Below are positions 24,426 to 38,690 of a stretch of DNA of 64,000 nt, piece by piece. The DNA is from Eledone cirrhosa. Its lineage: Eukaryota. The notes under the pieces were generated by a model. That model saw only the letters and a list, made by a program, of their open reading frames with translations, was not told where the DNA came from and ran no database searches. The stretch spans positions 18,476,001 through 18,540,000 of the forward strand of contig OZ024744.1 of NCBI GenBank assembly GCA_964016885.1, written 5' to 3'. Position 1 is the first letter of the stretch; each line of letters opens with the position of its first letter. The translations under genes and the position numbers were made by a program.

Positions 24426-27400
24426 TTGTATCTTTGTGTATGTCTGTGTCAATGTGTATGTCACTGTATGTTTCTGTAAGTTTGTGTCACTGTGTATGTC
24501 ACTGTGTGTTTCTGTATGTCTGTGTCTCTGTGTATGTCACTGTATGTTTCTGTATGTCTGTTTGACTGTGTATGTCACTGTGTCTTTATGTATGTCTGTG
24601 TCACTCTGTATGTCACTGTATATTTCTGTATGTCTGTGTCACTGTGTATGTCACTGTATGTTTCTGTATGTTTGTGTCACTGTGTATGTCACTGTATGTT
24701 TCTGTATGTCTCTTTCACTGTGTATGTCATTGTGTCTTTATGTATGTCTGTGTTACTCTGTATGTCACTGTATATTTCTGTATGTCTGTGTCACTGTGTA
24801 TGTCACTGTATGTTTCTGTATGTCTGTGTCACTGTGTATGTCACTGTATGTTTCTGTATGTCTGTTTCACTGTGTATGTCACTGTGTGTTTCTGTATGTC
24901 TGTGTCACTCTGTATGTCACTGTATATTTATGTATGTCTGTGTCACTGTGTATGTCACTGTATGTTTCTGTATGTCCGTGTCACTGTGTATGTCACTGTG
25001 TGTTTCTGTATGTCTGTGTCACTGTATATGTCACTGTATCTTTGTGTATGCCTGTGTCACTTTTTATGTCACTGTATGTTTCTGTAAGTCTGTTTCACTG
25101 TGTATGTCACTGTATATTTGTGTATGTCTGTGTCACTCTGTATGTCACTGTGTGTTTCTGTATGTCTGTGTCACTATGTATGCCACTGTATGTTTGTGTT
25201 ATCTGTGTCATTGTGTATGTCACTGGGTGTTTCTGTATGTCTGTGTCACTGTGTATGACACTGTGTGTTTCTGTATGTATGTATCACTGTGTATGTCACT
25301 GTGTGTTTCTGTATGTCTGTGTCACTATGTAAGTCATTGTATCTTTGTGTATGTATGTGGCACTCTGTATGTTGTTGTGTGTTTCTGTATGTATGTGTCT
25401 CTGTGTATGTCACTGTATCTTTGTGTATGTATGTGTCACTGTGTATGTTACTGTGAGTTTATGTATGTCTGTGTCACTGTGTATGTCACTGTATGTCTAT
25501 GTATGTCTGTGTCACTGTCTATGTCACTGTATCTTTGTGCATGTCTGTATCACTGTGTATGTCACTGTGTGTTTATGAATGTCTGTGTCTCTGTGTATGT
25601 CACTGTATCTTTGCGTATGTCTGCGTCACTGTGTATGTCACTGTGTGTTTCTGTATGTCTGTGTAACTGTGTATGTCACAGTGTGTTTCTGTATATCTGT
25701 GTCTCTGTGTATGTCACTGTATCTTTGTGTATGTCTGTGTCACTGTGTATGTCACTGTATGTTTCTGTATGTATGTTTCACCGTGTATGTCACTAAATGT
25801 TTGTGTGTGTCTGTGTCTCTGTGTATGTCACTGTGTGTTTGCGTGTGTCGGTGTCACTGTGTATGTCACTGTGTGTTTCTGTATGTCTGTGTGACTGTGT
25901 ATGTCACTGTTTGTTTGTGTATGTCTGTGTCACTGTGTGTGTTTCTGTATGTCTGTGTCACTGTGTATGTCATTGCATCTTTGTGTATGTCTGTGTCACT
26001 GTGTATGTCACAGTGTGTTTCTGTATGTCTGTGTCACTGTCTATGTCACTGTATGTTTCTGAATGTCTGTGTCACTGTGCATGTCACTGTGTGTTTCTGT
26101 ATGTCTGTGTCACGGTGTATGTCACTGCATGTTTGTGTGTGACTGTGTCACTGTGTATGTCACTGTGTGTTTGTGTATGTCTGTGTCACTGTATGTTTCT
26201 GTATGTCTGTGTCACTGTGTATGTCACTGTGTGTTTCTGTATGTCTGTGTGACTGTGTATGTCACTGTTTGTTTGTGTATGTCTGTGTCACTGTGTGTGT
26301 TTCTGTATGTCTGTGTCACTGTGTATGTCATTGTATCTTTGTGTATGTCTGTGTCACTGTGTATGTCACTGTATGTTTCTGTAAGTTTGTGTCACTGTGT
26401 ATGTCACTGTGTGTTTCTGTATGTCTGTGTCTCTGTGTATGTCACTGTATGTTTCTGTATGTCTGTTTCACTGTGTATGTCACTGTGTCTTTATGTATGT
26501 CTGTGTCACTCTGTATGTCACTGTATATTTCTGTATGTCTGTGTCACTGTGTATGTCACTGTATGTTTCTGTATGTCTGTGTCACTGTGTACGTCACTGT
26601 GTGTTTCTGTATGTCTGTGTCACTGTATATGTCACTCTATCTTTGTGTATGCCTATGTCACTGTTTATGTCACTGTATGTTTCTGTATGTCTGTTTCACT
26701 GTGTATGTCACTATATATTTGTGTATGTCTGTGTCACTCTGTATGTCACTGTGTGTTTCTGTATGTCTGTGTCACTATGTATGCCACTGTATGTTTGTGT
26801 TATCTGTGTCATTGTGTATGTCACTGGGTGTTTCTGTATGCCTGTGTCACTGTATGACACTGTGTGTTTCTGTATGTATGTATCACTGTGTATGTCACTG
26901 TGTGTTTCTGTATGTCTGTGTCACTATGTAAGTCATTGTATCTTTGTGTATGTCTGTGTCACTCTGTATGTCGTTGTGTGTTTCTGTATGTATGTGTCTC
27001 TGTGTGTGTCACTGTATATTTGTGTATGTATGTGTCACTGTGTATGTCACTGTGAGTTTATGTATGTCTGTGTCACTGTGTATGTCACTGTATGTCTATG
27101 TATATCTGTGTCACTGTCTATGTCACTGTATCTTTGTGTATGTCTGTATCACTGTGTATGTCACTGTGTGTTTATGTATGTCTGTGTCTCTGTCTATGTC
27201 ACTGTATCTTTGCGTATGTCTGCGTCACTGTGTATGTCACTGTGTGTTTCTGTATGTCTGTGTCACTGTGTATGTCACAGTGTGTTTCTGTATATCTGTG
27301 TCTCTGTGTATGTCACTGTATCTTTGTGTATGTCTGTGCCACTGTGTATGTCACTGTATGTTTCTGTATGTATGTTTCACTGTGTATGTCACTAAATGTT

Positions 27401-30400
27401 TGTGTGTGTCTGTGTCTCTGTGTATGTCACTGTGTGTTTGCGTGTGTCTGTGTCACTGTGTATGTCACTGTGTGTTTCTGTATGTCTGTGTGACTGTGTA
27501 TGTCACTGTTTCTTTGTGTATGTCTGTGTCACTGTGTGTGTTTCTGTATGTCTGTGTCACTGTGTATGTCATTGCATCTCTGTGTATGTCTGTGTCACTC
27601 TGTATGTCACTGTGTGTTTCTGCATGTCTGTGTCACTGTGTATGTCAATGTGTGTTCCTGTATGTCTGTGTCACTGTGTATGTCACTGTATGTTTCTGTA
27701 TGTCTGTTTCACTGTGTATATCACTGTGTGTTTCTGTATGTCTGTGTCACTGTATATGTCACTGTATCTTTGTGTATGCCTGTGTCACTGTCTATGTCAC
27801 TGTATGTTTCTGTATGTCTGTTTCACTGTGTATGTCACTGTATATTTGTTTATTTCTGTGTCACTCTGTATGTCACTGTGTGTTTCTGTATGTCTGTGTC
27901 ACTATGTATGCCACTGTATGTTTGTGTTGTCTGTGTCATTGTGTATGTCACTGGGTGTTTCTGTATGTCTGTGTCACTGTGTATGACACTGTGTCTTTCT
28001 GTATGTATGTATCACTGTGTATGTCACTGTGTGTATCTGTATGTCTGTGTCACTGTGTAAGTCATTGTATCTTTGTGTATGTCTGTGGCACTCTGTATGT
28101 CGTTGTGTGTTTCTGTATGTATGTGTCTCTGTGTATGTCACTGTATATTTGTGTATGTATGTGTCACTGTGTATGTCACTGTGAGTTTCTCTATGTCTGT
28201 GTCACTGTGTATGTCACTGTATGTCTCTGTATGTCTGTGTCACTGTCTATGTCACTGTATTTTTGTGTATGTCTGTGTCACTGTGTATGTCACAGTGTGT
28301 TTATGTATTTCTGTGTCTCTGTGTATGCCACTGTATCTTTGTGTATGTCTGCGTCACTGTGTATGTCACTGTGTGTTTCTGTATGTCTGTGTCACTGTGT
28401 ATGTCACAATGTGTTTCTGTATATATGTGTCTCTGTGTATGTCACTGTATCTTTGTGTGTGTCTGTGTCACTGTATGTTTCTGTATGTCTGTGTCACTGT
28501 GTATGTCACCGTATGTGTGTGTATGTCTGTGTCACGGTGTGTCACTGTATCTTTGTGTATGCCTGTGTCACTGTGTATGTCACTGTGTGTTTCTGTATGT
28601 CTGTGTCACTGTGTATGTCACTGTATGTTTGTGTGTCTGTGTCACTGTGTATGTCAATGTCTCTGTGTGTTTCTGTATGTCTGTGTCTCTGTGTATGTCA
28701 CTGTATCTTTGTGTATGTATGTGTCACTGTGTATGTCACTCTGTGTTTCTGTATGTCTGTGTCACTGTGTATATCACTGTGTGTTTCTGTATATCTGTGT
28801 CTCTGTGTATGTCACTGTATCTTTGTGTATGTTTGGGTCACTGTGTATGTCACTGTATATTTGTGTATGTCTGTGTCACGGTGTATATCACTGTATGTTT
28901 TTGTATGTCTGTGTCACTGTGTATGTCACTGTATGTTTTTGTATGTCTGTGTCACTGTGTATATCAATGTGTGTTTCTGTATCTCTGTGTCACGGTGTAT
29001 GTCACTGCATGTTCGTGTATGTCTGTGTGACTGTGCATGTCACTGTGTGTTTCTGTATGGCTGTGTCACTGTGTATGTCACTGTATCTTTGTGTATGTCT
29101 GTGTCACTGTGTATGTCACAGTGTGTTTCTGTATGTCTGTGTCACTGTCTATGTCACTGTATGTTTCTGAATGTCTGTGTCACTGTGTATGTCACTGTGT
29201 GTTTCTGTATGTATGTTGTCACGGTGTATGTCACTGTATGTTTGTGTGTGACCGTGTCACTGTGTATGTCACTGTGTGTTTGTGTATGTATGTGCCACTG
29301 TATGTTTCTGTATGTCTGTGTCACTGTGTATGTCACTGTGTGTTTCTGTATGTCTGTGTCACTGTGTATGTCATTGTATCTTTGTGTATGTCTGTGTCAC
29401 TGTGTATGTCACTGTATGTTTCTGTAAGTTTGTGTCACTGTGTATGTCACTGTGTGTTTCTGTATGTCTGTGTCTCTGTGTATGTCACTGTATGTTTCTG
29501 TATGTCTGTGTCACTGTGTATGTCATTGCATCTTTGTGTATGTCTGTGTCACTCTGTATGTCACTGTGTGTTTCTGCATGTCTGTGTCACTGTGTATGTC
29601 AATGTGTGTTCCTGTATGTCTGTGTCACTGTGTATGTCACTGTATGTTTCTGTATGTCTGTTTCACTGTGTATATCACTGTGTGTTTCTGTATGTCTGTG
29701 TCACTGTATATGTCACTGTATCTTTGTGTATGCCTGTGTCACTGTCTATGTCACTGTATGTTTCTGTATGTCTGTTTCACTGTGTATGTCACTGTATATT
29801 TGTTTATGTCTGTGTCACTCTGTATGTCACTGTGTGTTTCTGTATGTCTGTGTCACTATGTATGCCACTGTATGTTTGTGTTGTCTGTGTCATTGTGTAT
29901 GTCACTGGGTGTTTCTGTATGTCTGTGTCACTGTGTATGACACTGTGTCTTTCTGTATGTATGTATCACTGTGTATGTCACTGTGTGTATCTGTATGTCT
30001 GTGTCACTGTGTAAGTCATTGTATATTTGTGTATGTCTGTGGCACTCTGTATGTCGTTGTGTGTTTCTGTATGTATGTGTCTCTGTGTATGTCACTGTAT
30101 ATTTGTGTATGTATGTGTCACTGTGTATGTCACTGTGAGTTTCTCTATGTCTGTGTCACTGTGTATGTCACTGTATGTCTCTGTATGTCTGTGTCACTGT
30201 CTATGTCACTGTATTTTTGTGTATGTCTGTGTCACTGTGTATGTCACAGTGTGTTTATGTATTTCTGTGTCTCTGTGTATGCCACTGTATCTTTGTGTAT
30301 GTATGCGTCACTGTGTATGTCACTGTGTGTTTCTGTATGTCTGTGTCACTGTGTATGTCACAATGTGTTTCTGTATATATGTGTCTCTGTGTATGTCACT

Positions 30401-33400
30401 GTATCTTTGTGTGTGTCTGTGTCACTGTATGTTTCTGTATGTCTGTGTCACTGTGTATGTCACCGTATGTGTGTGTATGTCTGTGTCACGGTGTATGTCA
30501 CTGTATCTTTGTGTGTGTCTGTGTCACTGTGTATGTCACTGTGTGTTTCTGTATGTCTGTGTCACTGTGTATGTCACTGTATGTTTGTGTGTCTGTGTCA
30601 CTGTGTATGTCAATGTCTCTGTGTGTTTCTGTATGTCTGTGTCTCTGTGTATGTCACTGTATCTTTGTGTATGTATGTGTCACTGTGTATGTCACTGTGT
30701 GTTTCTGTATGTCTGTGTCACTGTGTATACCACTGTGTGTTTCTGTATATCTGTGTCTCTGTGTATGTCGCTGTATCTTTGTGTATGACTGGGTCACTGT
30801 GTATGTCATTGTATATTTGTGTATGTCTGTGTCACGGTGCATATCACTGTATGTTTGTGTATGTCTGTGTCACTGTGTATGTCACTGTGTGTTTCTGTAT
30901 GTCTGTGTCACTGTGTATACCACTGTGTGTTTCTGTATATCTGTGTCTCTGTGTATGTCGCTGTATCTTTGTGTATGACTGGGTCACTGTGTATGTCATT
31001 GTATATTTGTGTATGTCTGTGTCACGGTGTATGTCACTGCACGTTTGTGTATGTCTGTGTGACTGTGTATGTCAATGTGTGTTTCTGTATGGCTGTGTCA
31101 CTGTGTATGTCACTGTATCTTTGTGTATGTCTGTGTCACTGTGTATGTCACAGTGTGTTTCTGCATGTCTGTGTCACTGTATGTTTCTGAATGTCTGTGT
31201 CACTGTGTATATCACTGTGTGTTTCTGTATGTCTGTGTCACGGTGTATGTCACTGTATGTTTGTGTGTGACTGTGTCACTGTGTATGTCACTGTGTGTTT
31301 GTGTATGTCTGTGTCACTGTATGTTTGTGTATGTCTGTGTCACTGTGTATGTCCCTGTATGTTTCTGTATGTCTGTGTCACTGTGTATATCAATGTGTGT
31401 TTCTGTATCTCTGTGTCACGGTGTATGTCACTGCACGTTTGTGTATGTCTGTGTGACTGTGTATGTCAATGTGTGTTTCTGTATGGCTGTGTCACTGTGT
31501 ATGTCACTGTATCTTTGTGTATGTCTGTGTCACTGTGTATGTCACAGTGTGTTTCTGCATGTATGTGTCACTGTATGTTTCTGAATGTCTGTGTCACTGT
31601 GTATGTCACTGTGTGTTTCTGTATGTCTGTGTCACGGTGTATGTCACTGTATGTTTGTGTGTGACTGTGTCACTGTGTATGTCATTGTATCTTTGTGTAT
31701 GTCTGTGTCAATGTGTATGTCACTGTATGTTTCTGTAAGTTTGTGTCACTGTGTATGTCACTGTGTGTTTCTGTATGTCTGTGTCTCTGTGTATGTCACT
31801 GTATGTTTCTGTATGTCTGTTTGACTGTGTATGTCACTGTGTCTTTATGTATGTCTGTGTCACTCTGTATGTCACTGTATATTTCTGTATGTCTGTGTCA
31901 CTGTGTATGTCACTGTATGTTTCTGTATGTTTGTGTCACTGTGTATGTCACTGTATGTTTCTGTATGTCTCTTTCACTGTGTATGTCATTGTGTCTTTAT
32001 GTATGTCTGTGTTACTCTGTATGTCACTGTATATTTCTGTATGTCTGTGTCACTGTGTATGTCACTGTATGTTTCTGTATGTCTGTGTCACTGTGTATGT
32101 CACTGTATGTTTCTGTATGTCTGTTTCACTGTGTATGTCACTGTGTGTTTCTGTATGTCTGTGTCACTCTGTATGTCACTGTATATTTATGTATGTCTGT
32201 GTCACTGTGTATGTCACTGTATGTTTCTGTATGTCCGTGTCACTGTGTATGTCACTGTGTGTTTCTGTATGTCTGTGTCACTGTATATGTCACTGTATCT
32301 TTGTGTATGCCTGTGTCACTTTTTATGTCACTGTATGTTTCTGTAAGTCTGTTTCACTGTGTATGTCACTGTATATTTGTGTATGTCTGTGTCACTCTGT
32401 ATGTCACTGTGTGTTTCTGTATGTCTGTGTCACTATGTATGCCACTGTATGTTTGTGTTATCTGTGTCATTGTGTATGTCACTGGGTGTTTCTGTATGTC
32501 TGTGTCACTGTGTATGACACTGTGTGTTTCTGTATGTATGTATCACTGTGTATGTCACTGTGTGTTTCTGTATGTCTGTGTCACTATGTAAGTCATTGTA
32601 TCTTTGTGTATGTATGTGGCACTCTGTATGTTGTTGTGTGTTTCTGTATGTATGTGTCTCTGTGTATGTCACTGTATCTTTGTGTATGTATGTGTCACTG
32701 TGTATGTTACTGTGAGTTTATGTATGTCTGTGTCACTGTGTATGTCACTGTATGTCTATGTATGTCTGTGTCACTGTCTATGTCACTGTATCTTTGTGCA
32801 TGTCTGTATCACTGTGTATGTCACTGTGTGTTTATGAATGTCTGTGTCTCTGTGTATGTCACTGTATCTTTGCGTATGTCTGCGTCACTGTGTATGTCAC
32901 TGTGTGTTTCTGTATGTCTGTGTAACTGTGTATGTCACAGTGTGTTTCTGTATATCTGTGTCTCTGTGTATGTCACTGTATCTTTGTGTATGTCTGTGTC
33001 ACTGTGTATGTCACTGTATGTTTCTGTATGTATGTTTCACCGTGTATGTCACTAAATGTTTGTGTGTGTCTGTGTCTCTGTGTATGTCACTGTGTGTTTG
33101 CGTGTGTCGGTGTCACTGTGTATGTCACTGTGTGTTTCTGTATGTCTGTGTGACTGTGTATGTCACTGTTTGTTTGTGTATGTCTGTGTCACTGTGTGTG
33201 TTTCTGTATGTCTGTGTCACTGTGTATGTCATTGCATCTTTGTGTATGTCTGTGTCACTGTGTATGTCACAGTGTGTTTCTGTATGTCTGTGTCACTGTC
33301 TATGTCACTGTATGTTTCTGAATGTCTGTGTCACTGTGCATGTCACTGTGTGTTTCTGTATGTCTGTGTCACGGTGTATGTCACTGCATGTTTGTGTGTG

Positions 33401-34829
33401 ACTGTGTCACTGTGTATGTCACTGTGTGTTTGTGTATGTCTGTGTCACTGTATGTTTCTGTATGTCTGTGTCACTGTGTATGTCACTGTGTGTTTCTGTA
33501 TGTCTGTGTGACTGTGTATGTCACTGTTTGTTTGTGTATGTCTGTGTCACTGTGTGTGTTTCTGTATGTCTGTGTCACTGTGTATGTCATTGTATCTTTG
33601 TGTATGTCTGTGTCACTGTGTATGTCACTGTATGTTTCTGTAAGTTTGTGTCACTGTGTATGTCACTGTGTGTTTCTGTATGTCTGTGTCTCTGTGTATG
33701 TCACTGTATGTTTCTGTATGTCTGTTTCACTGTGTATGTCACTGTGTCTTTATGTATGTCTGTGTCACTCTGTATGTCACTGTATATTTCTGTATGTCTG
33801 TGTCACTGTGTATGTCACTGTATGTTTCTGTATGTCTGTGTCACTGTGTACGTCACTGTGTGTTTCTGTATGTCTGTGTCACTGTATATGTCACTCTATC
33901 TTTGTGTATGCCTATGTCACTGTTTATGTCACTGTATGTTTCTGTATGTCTGTTTCACTGTGTATGTCACTATATATTTGTGTATGTCTGTGTCACTCTG
34001 TATGTCACTGTGTGTTTCTGTATGTCTGTGTCACTATGTATGCCACTGTATGTTTGTGTTATCTGTGTCATTGTGTATGTCACTGGGTGTTTCTGTATGC
34101 CTGTGTCACTGTATGACACTGTGTGTTTCTGTATGTATGTATCACTGTGTATGTCACTGTGTGTTTCTGTATGTCTGTGTCACTATGTAAGTCATTGTAT
34201 CTTTGTGTATGTCTGTGTCACTCTGTATGTCGTTGTGTGTTTCTGTATGTATGTGTCTCTGTGTGTGTCACTGTATATTTGTGTATGTATGTGTCACTGT
34301 GTATGTCACTGTGAGTTTATGTATGTCTGTGTCACTGTGTATGTCACTGTATGTCTATGTATATCTGTGTCACTGTCTATGTCACTGTATCTTTGTGTAT
34401 GTCTGTATCACTGTGTATGTCACTGTGTGTTTATGTATGTCTGTGTCTCTGTCTATGTCACTGTATCTTTGCGTATGTCTGCGTCACTGTGTATGTCACT
34501 GTGTGTTTCTGTATGTCTGTGTCACTGTGTATGTCACAGTGTGTTTCTGTATATCTGTGTCTCTGTGTATGTCACTGTATCTTTGTGTATGTCTGTGCCA
34601 CTGTGTATGTCACTGTATGTTTCTGTATGTATGTTTCACTGTGTATGTCACTAAATGTTTGTGTGTGTCTGTGTCTCTGTGTATGTCACTGTGTGTTTGC
34701 GTGTGTCTGTGTCACTGTGTATGTCACTGTGTGTTTCTGTATGTCTGTGTGACTGTGTATGTCACTGTTTCTTTGTGTATGTCTGTGTCACTGTGTGTGT
34801 TTCTGTATGTCTGTGTCACTGTGTATGTC

Positions 34830-37800
34830 ATTGCATCTCTGTGTATGTCTGTGTCACTCTGTATGTCACTGTGTGTTTCTGCATGTCTGTGTCACTGTGT
34901 ATGTCAATGTGTGTTCCTGTATGTCTGTGTCACTGTGTATGTCACTGTATGTTTCTGTATGTCTGTTTCACTGTGTATATCACTGTGTGTTTCTGTATGT
35001 CTGTGTCACTGTATATGTCACTGTATCTTTGTGTATGCCTGTGTCACTGTCTATGTCACTGTATGTTTCTGTATGTCTGTTTCACTGTGTATGTCACTGT
35101 ATATTTGTTTATTTCTGTGTCACTCTGTATGTCACTGTGTGTTTCTGTATGTCTGTGTCACTATGTATGCCACTGTATGTTTGTGTTGTCTGTGTCATTG
35201 TGTATGTCACTGGGTGTTTCTGTATGTCTGTGTCACTGTGTATGACACTGTGTCTTTCTGTATGTATGTATCACTGTGTATGTCACTGTGTGTATCTGTA
35301 TGTCTGTGTCACTGTGTAAGTCATTGTATCTTTGTGTATGTCTGTGGCACTCTGTATGTCGTTGTGTGTTTCTGTATGTATGTGTCTCTGTGTATGTCAC
35401 TGTATATTTGTGTATGTATGTGTCACTGTGTATGTCACTGTGAGTTTCTCTATGTCTGTGTCACTGTGTATGTCACTGTATGTCTCTGTATGTCTGTGTC
35501 ACTGTCTATGTCACTGTATTTTTGTGTATGTCTGTGTCACTGTGTATGTCACAGTGTGTTTATGTATTTCTGTGTCTCTGTGTATGCCACTGTATCTTTG
35601 TGTATGTCTGCGTCACTGTGTATGTCACTGTGTGTTTCTGTATGTCTGTGTCACTGTGTATGTCACAATGTGTTTCTGTATATATGTGTCTCTGTGTATG
35701 TCACTGTATCTTTGTGTGTGTCTGTGTCACTGTATGTTTCTGTATGTCTGTGTCACTGTGTATGTCACCGTATGTGTGTGTATGTCTGTGTCACGGTGTG
35801 TCACTGTATCTTTGTGTATGCCTGTGTCACTGTGTATGTCACTGTGTGTTTCTGTATGTCTGTGTCACTGTGTATGTCACTGTATGTTTGTGTGTCTGTG
35901 TCACTGTGTATGTCAATGTCTCTGTGTGTTTCTGTATGTCTGTGTCTCTGTGTATGTCACTGTATCTTTGTGTATGTATGTGTCACTGTGTATGTCACTC
36001 TGTGTTTCTGTATGTCTGTGTCACTGTGTATATCACTGTGTGTTTCTGTATATCTGTGTCTCTGTGTATGTCACTGTATCTTTGTGTATGTTTGGGTCAC
36101 TGTGTATGTCACTGTATATTTGTGTATGTCTGTGTCACGGTGTATATCACTGTATGTTTTTGTATGTCTGTGTCACTGTGTATGTCACTGTATGTTTTTG
36201 TATGTCTGTGTCACTGTGTATATCAATGTGTGTTTCTGTATCTCTGTGTCACGGTGTATGTCACTGCATGTTCGTGTATGTCTGTGTGACTGTGCATGTC
36301 ACTGTGTGTTTCTGTATGGCTGTGTCACTGTGTATGTCACTGTATCTTTGTGTATGTCTGTGTCACTGTGTATGTCACAGTGTGTTTCTGTATGTCTGTG
36401 TCACTGTCTATGTCACTGTATGTTTCTGAATGTCTGTGTCACTGTGTATGTCACTGTGTGTTTCTGTATGTATGTTGTCACGGTGTATGTCACTGTATGT
36501 TTGTGTGTGACCGTGTCACTGTGTATGTCACTGTGTGTTTGTGTATGTATGTGCCACTGTATGTTTCTGTATGTCTGTGTCACTGTGTATGTCACTGTGT
36601 GTTTCTGTATGTCTGTGTCACTGTGTATGTCATTGTATCTTTGTGTATGTCTGTGTCACTGTGTATGTCACTGTATGTTTCTGTAAGTTTGTGTCACTGT
36701 GTATGTCACTGTGTGTTTCTGTATGTCTGTGTCTCTGTGTATGTCACTGTATGTTTCTGTATGTCTGTGTCACTGTGTATGTCATTGCATCTTTGTGTAT
36801 GTCTGTGTCACTCTGTATGTCACTGTGTGTTTCTGCATGTCTGTGTCACTGTGTATGTCAATGTGTGTTCCTGTATGTCTGTGTCACTGTGTATGTCACT
36901 GTATGTTTCTGTATGTCTGTTTCACTGTGTATATCACTGTGTGTTTCTGTATGTCTGTGTCACTGTATATGTCACTGTATCTTTGTGTATGCCTGTGTCA
37001 CTGTCTATGTCACTGTATGTTTCTGTATGTCTGTTTCACTGTGTATGTCACTGTATATTTGTTTATGTCTGTGTCACTCTGTATGTCACTGTGTGTTTCT
37101 GTATGTCTGTGTCACTATGTATGCCACTGTATGTTTGTGTTGTCTGTGTCATTGTGTATGTCACTGGGTGTTTCTGTATGTCTGTGTCACTGTGTATGAC
37201 ACTGTGTCTTTCTGTATGTATGTATCACTGTGTATGTCACTGTGTGTATCTGTATGTCTGTGTCACTGTGTAAGTCATTGTATATTTGTGTATGTCTGTG
37301 GCACTCTGTATGTCGTTGTGTGTTTCTGTATGTATGTGTCTCTGTGTATGTCACTGTATATTTGTGTATGTATGTGTCACTGTGTATGTCACTGTGAGTT
37401 TCTCTATGTCTGTGTCACTGTGTATGTCACTGTATGTCTCTGTATGTCTGTGTCACTGTCTATGTCACTGTATTTTTGTGTATGTCTGTGTCACTGTGTA
37501 TGTCACAGTGTGTTTATGTATTTCTGTGTCTCTGTGTATGCCACTGTATCTTTGTGTATGTATGCGTCACTGTGTATGTCACTGTGTGTTTCTGTATGTC
37601 TGTGTCACTGTGTATGTCACAATGTGTTTCTGTATATATGTGTCTCTGTGTATGTCACTGTATCTTTGTGTGTGTCTGTGTCACTGTATGTTTCTGTATG
37701 TCTGTGTCACTGTGTATGTCACCGTATGTGTGTGTATGTCTGTGTCACGGTGTATGTCACTGTATCTTTGTGTGTGTCTGTGTCACTGTGTATGTCACTG

Positions 37801-38690
37801 TGTGTTTCTGTATGTCTGTGTCACTGTGTATGTCACTGTATGTTTGTGTGTCTGTGTCACTGTGTATGTCAATGTCTCTGTGTGTTTCTGTATGTCTGTG
37901 TCTCTGTGTATGTCACTGTATCTTTGTGTATGTATGTGTCACTGTGTATGTCACTCTGTGTTTCTGTATGTCTGTGTCACTGTGTATATCACTGTGTGTT
38001 TCTGTATATCTGTGTCTCTGTGTATGTCACTGTATCTTTGTGTATGTTTGGGTCACTGTGTATGTCACTGTATATTTGTGTATGTCTGTGTCACGGTGTA
38101 TATCACTGTATGTTTTTGTATGTCTGTGTCACTGTGTATGTCACTGTATGTTTCTGTATGTCTGTGTCACTGTGTATATCAATGTGTGTTTCTGTATCTC
38201 TGTGTCACGGTGTATGTCACTGCATGTTCGTGTATGTCTGTGTGACTGTGTATGTCACTGTGTGTTTCTGTATGGCTGTGTCACTGTGTATGTCACTGTA
38301 TCTTTGTGTATGTCTGTGTCATTGTGTATGTCACAGTGTGTTTCTGTATGTCTGTGTCACTGTCTATGTCACTGTATGTTTCTGAATGTCTGTGTCACTG
38401 TGTATGTCACTGTGTGTTTCTGTATGTCTGTGTCACGGTGTATGTCACTGTATGTTTGTGTGTGACCGTGTCACTGTGTATGTCACTGTGTGTTTGTGTA
38501 TGTCTGTGCCACTGTATGTTTCTGTATGTCTGTGTCACTGTGTATGTCACTGTGTGTTTCTGTATGTCTGTGTCACTGTGTATGTCATTGTATCTTTGTG
38601 TATGTCTGTGTCACTGTGTATGTCACTGTATGTTTCTGTAAGTTTGTGTCACTGTGTATGTCACTGTGTGTTTATGTATGTCTGTGTCTC
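34830..38690. repeat. Older, diverged ~1,954-1,956 bp tandem duplication (also partly present at about 27570-30700)
   Basis: Near-identical ORFs at +1,954 (28073/30027, 35332/37286) and +1,956 (36296/38252). Shared markers GTTCGTG (36270/38226) and TGACCG (36508/38463), with several substitutions and small indels between the copies. Confidence 0.88.

Larger units (their letters stand above)
23327..37955. repeat. 7,259 bp tandem duplication (about 2.0 copies)
   Basis: Identical ORFs at +7,259 (23395/30654, 24436/31695, 26944/34203, 30027/37286). The left limit is set by a TG-count difference at about 23325 vs 30585. The right limit is set by G vs C at 30697/37956. Confidence 0.96.

Noticed and set aside
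1094-36595. Short minus-strand ORFs (60-73 aa, Thr/His/Gln-rich)
   Set aside because: They arise only where variant monomers remove the TCA (minus-strand TGA) in one frame, and they recur solely because of the duplications.
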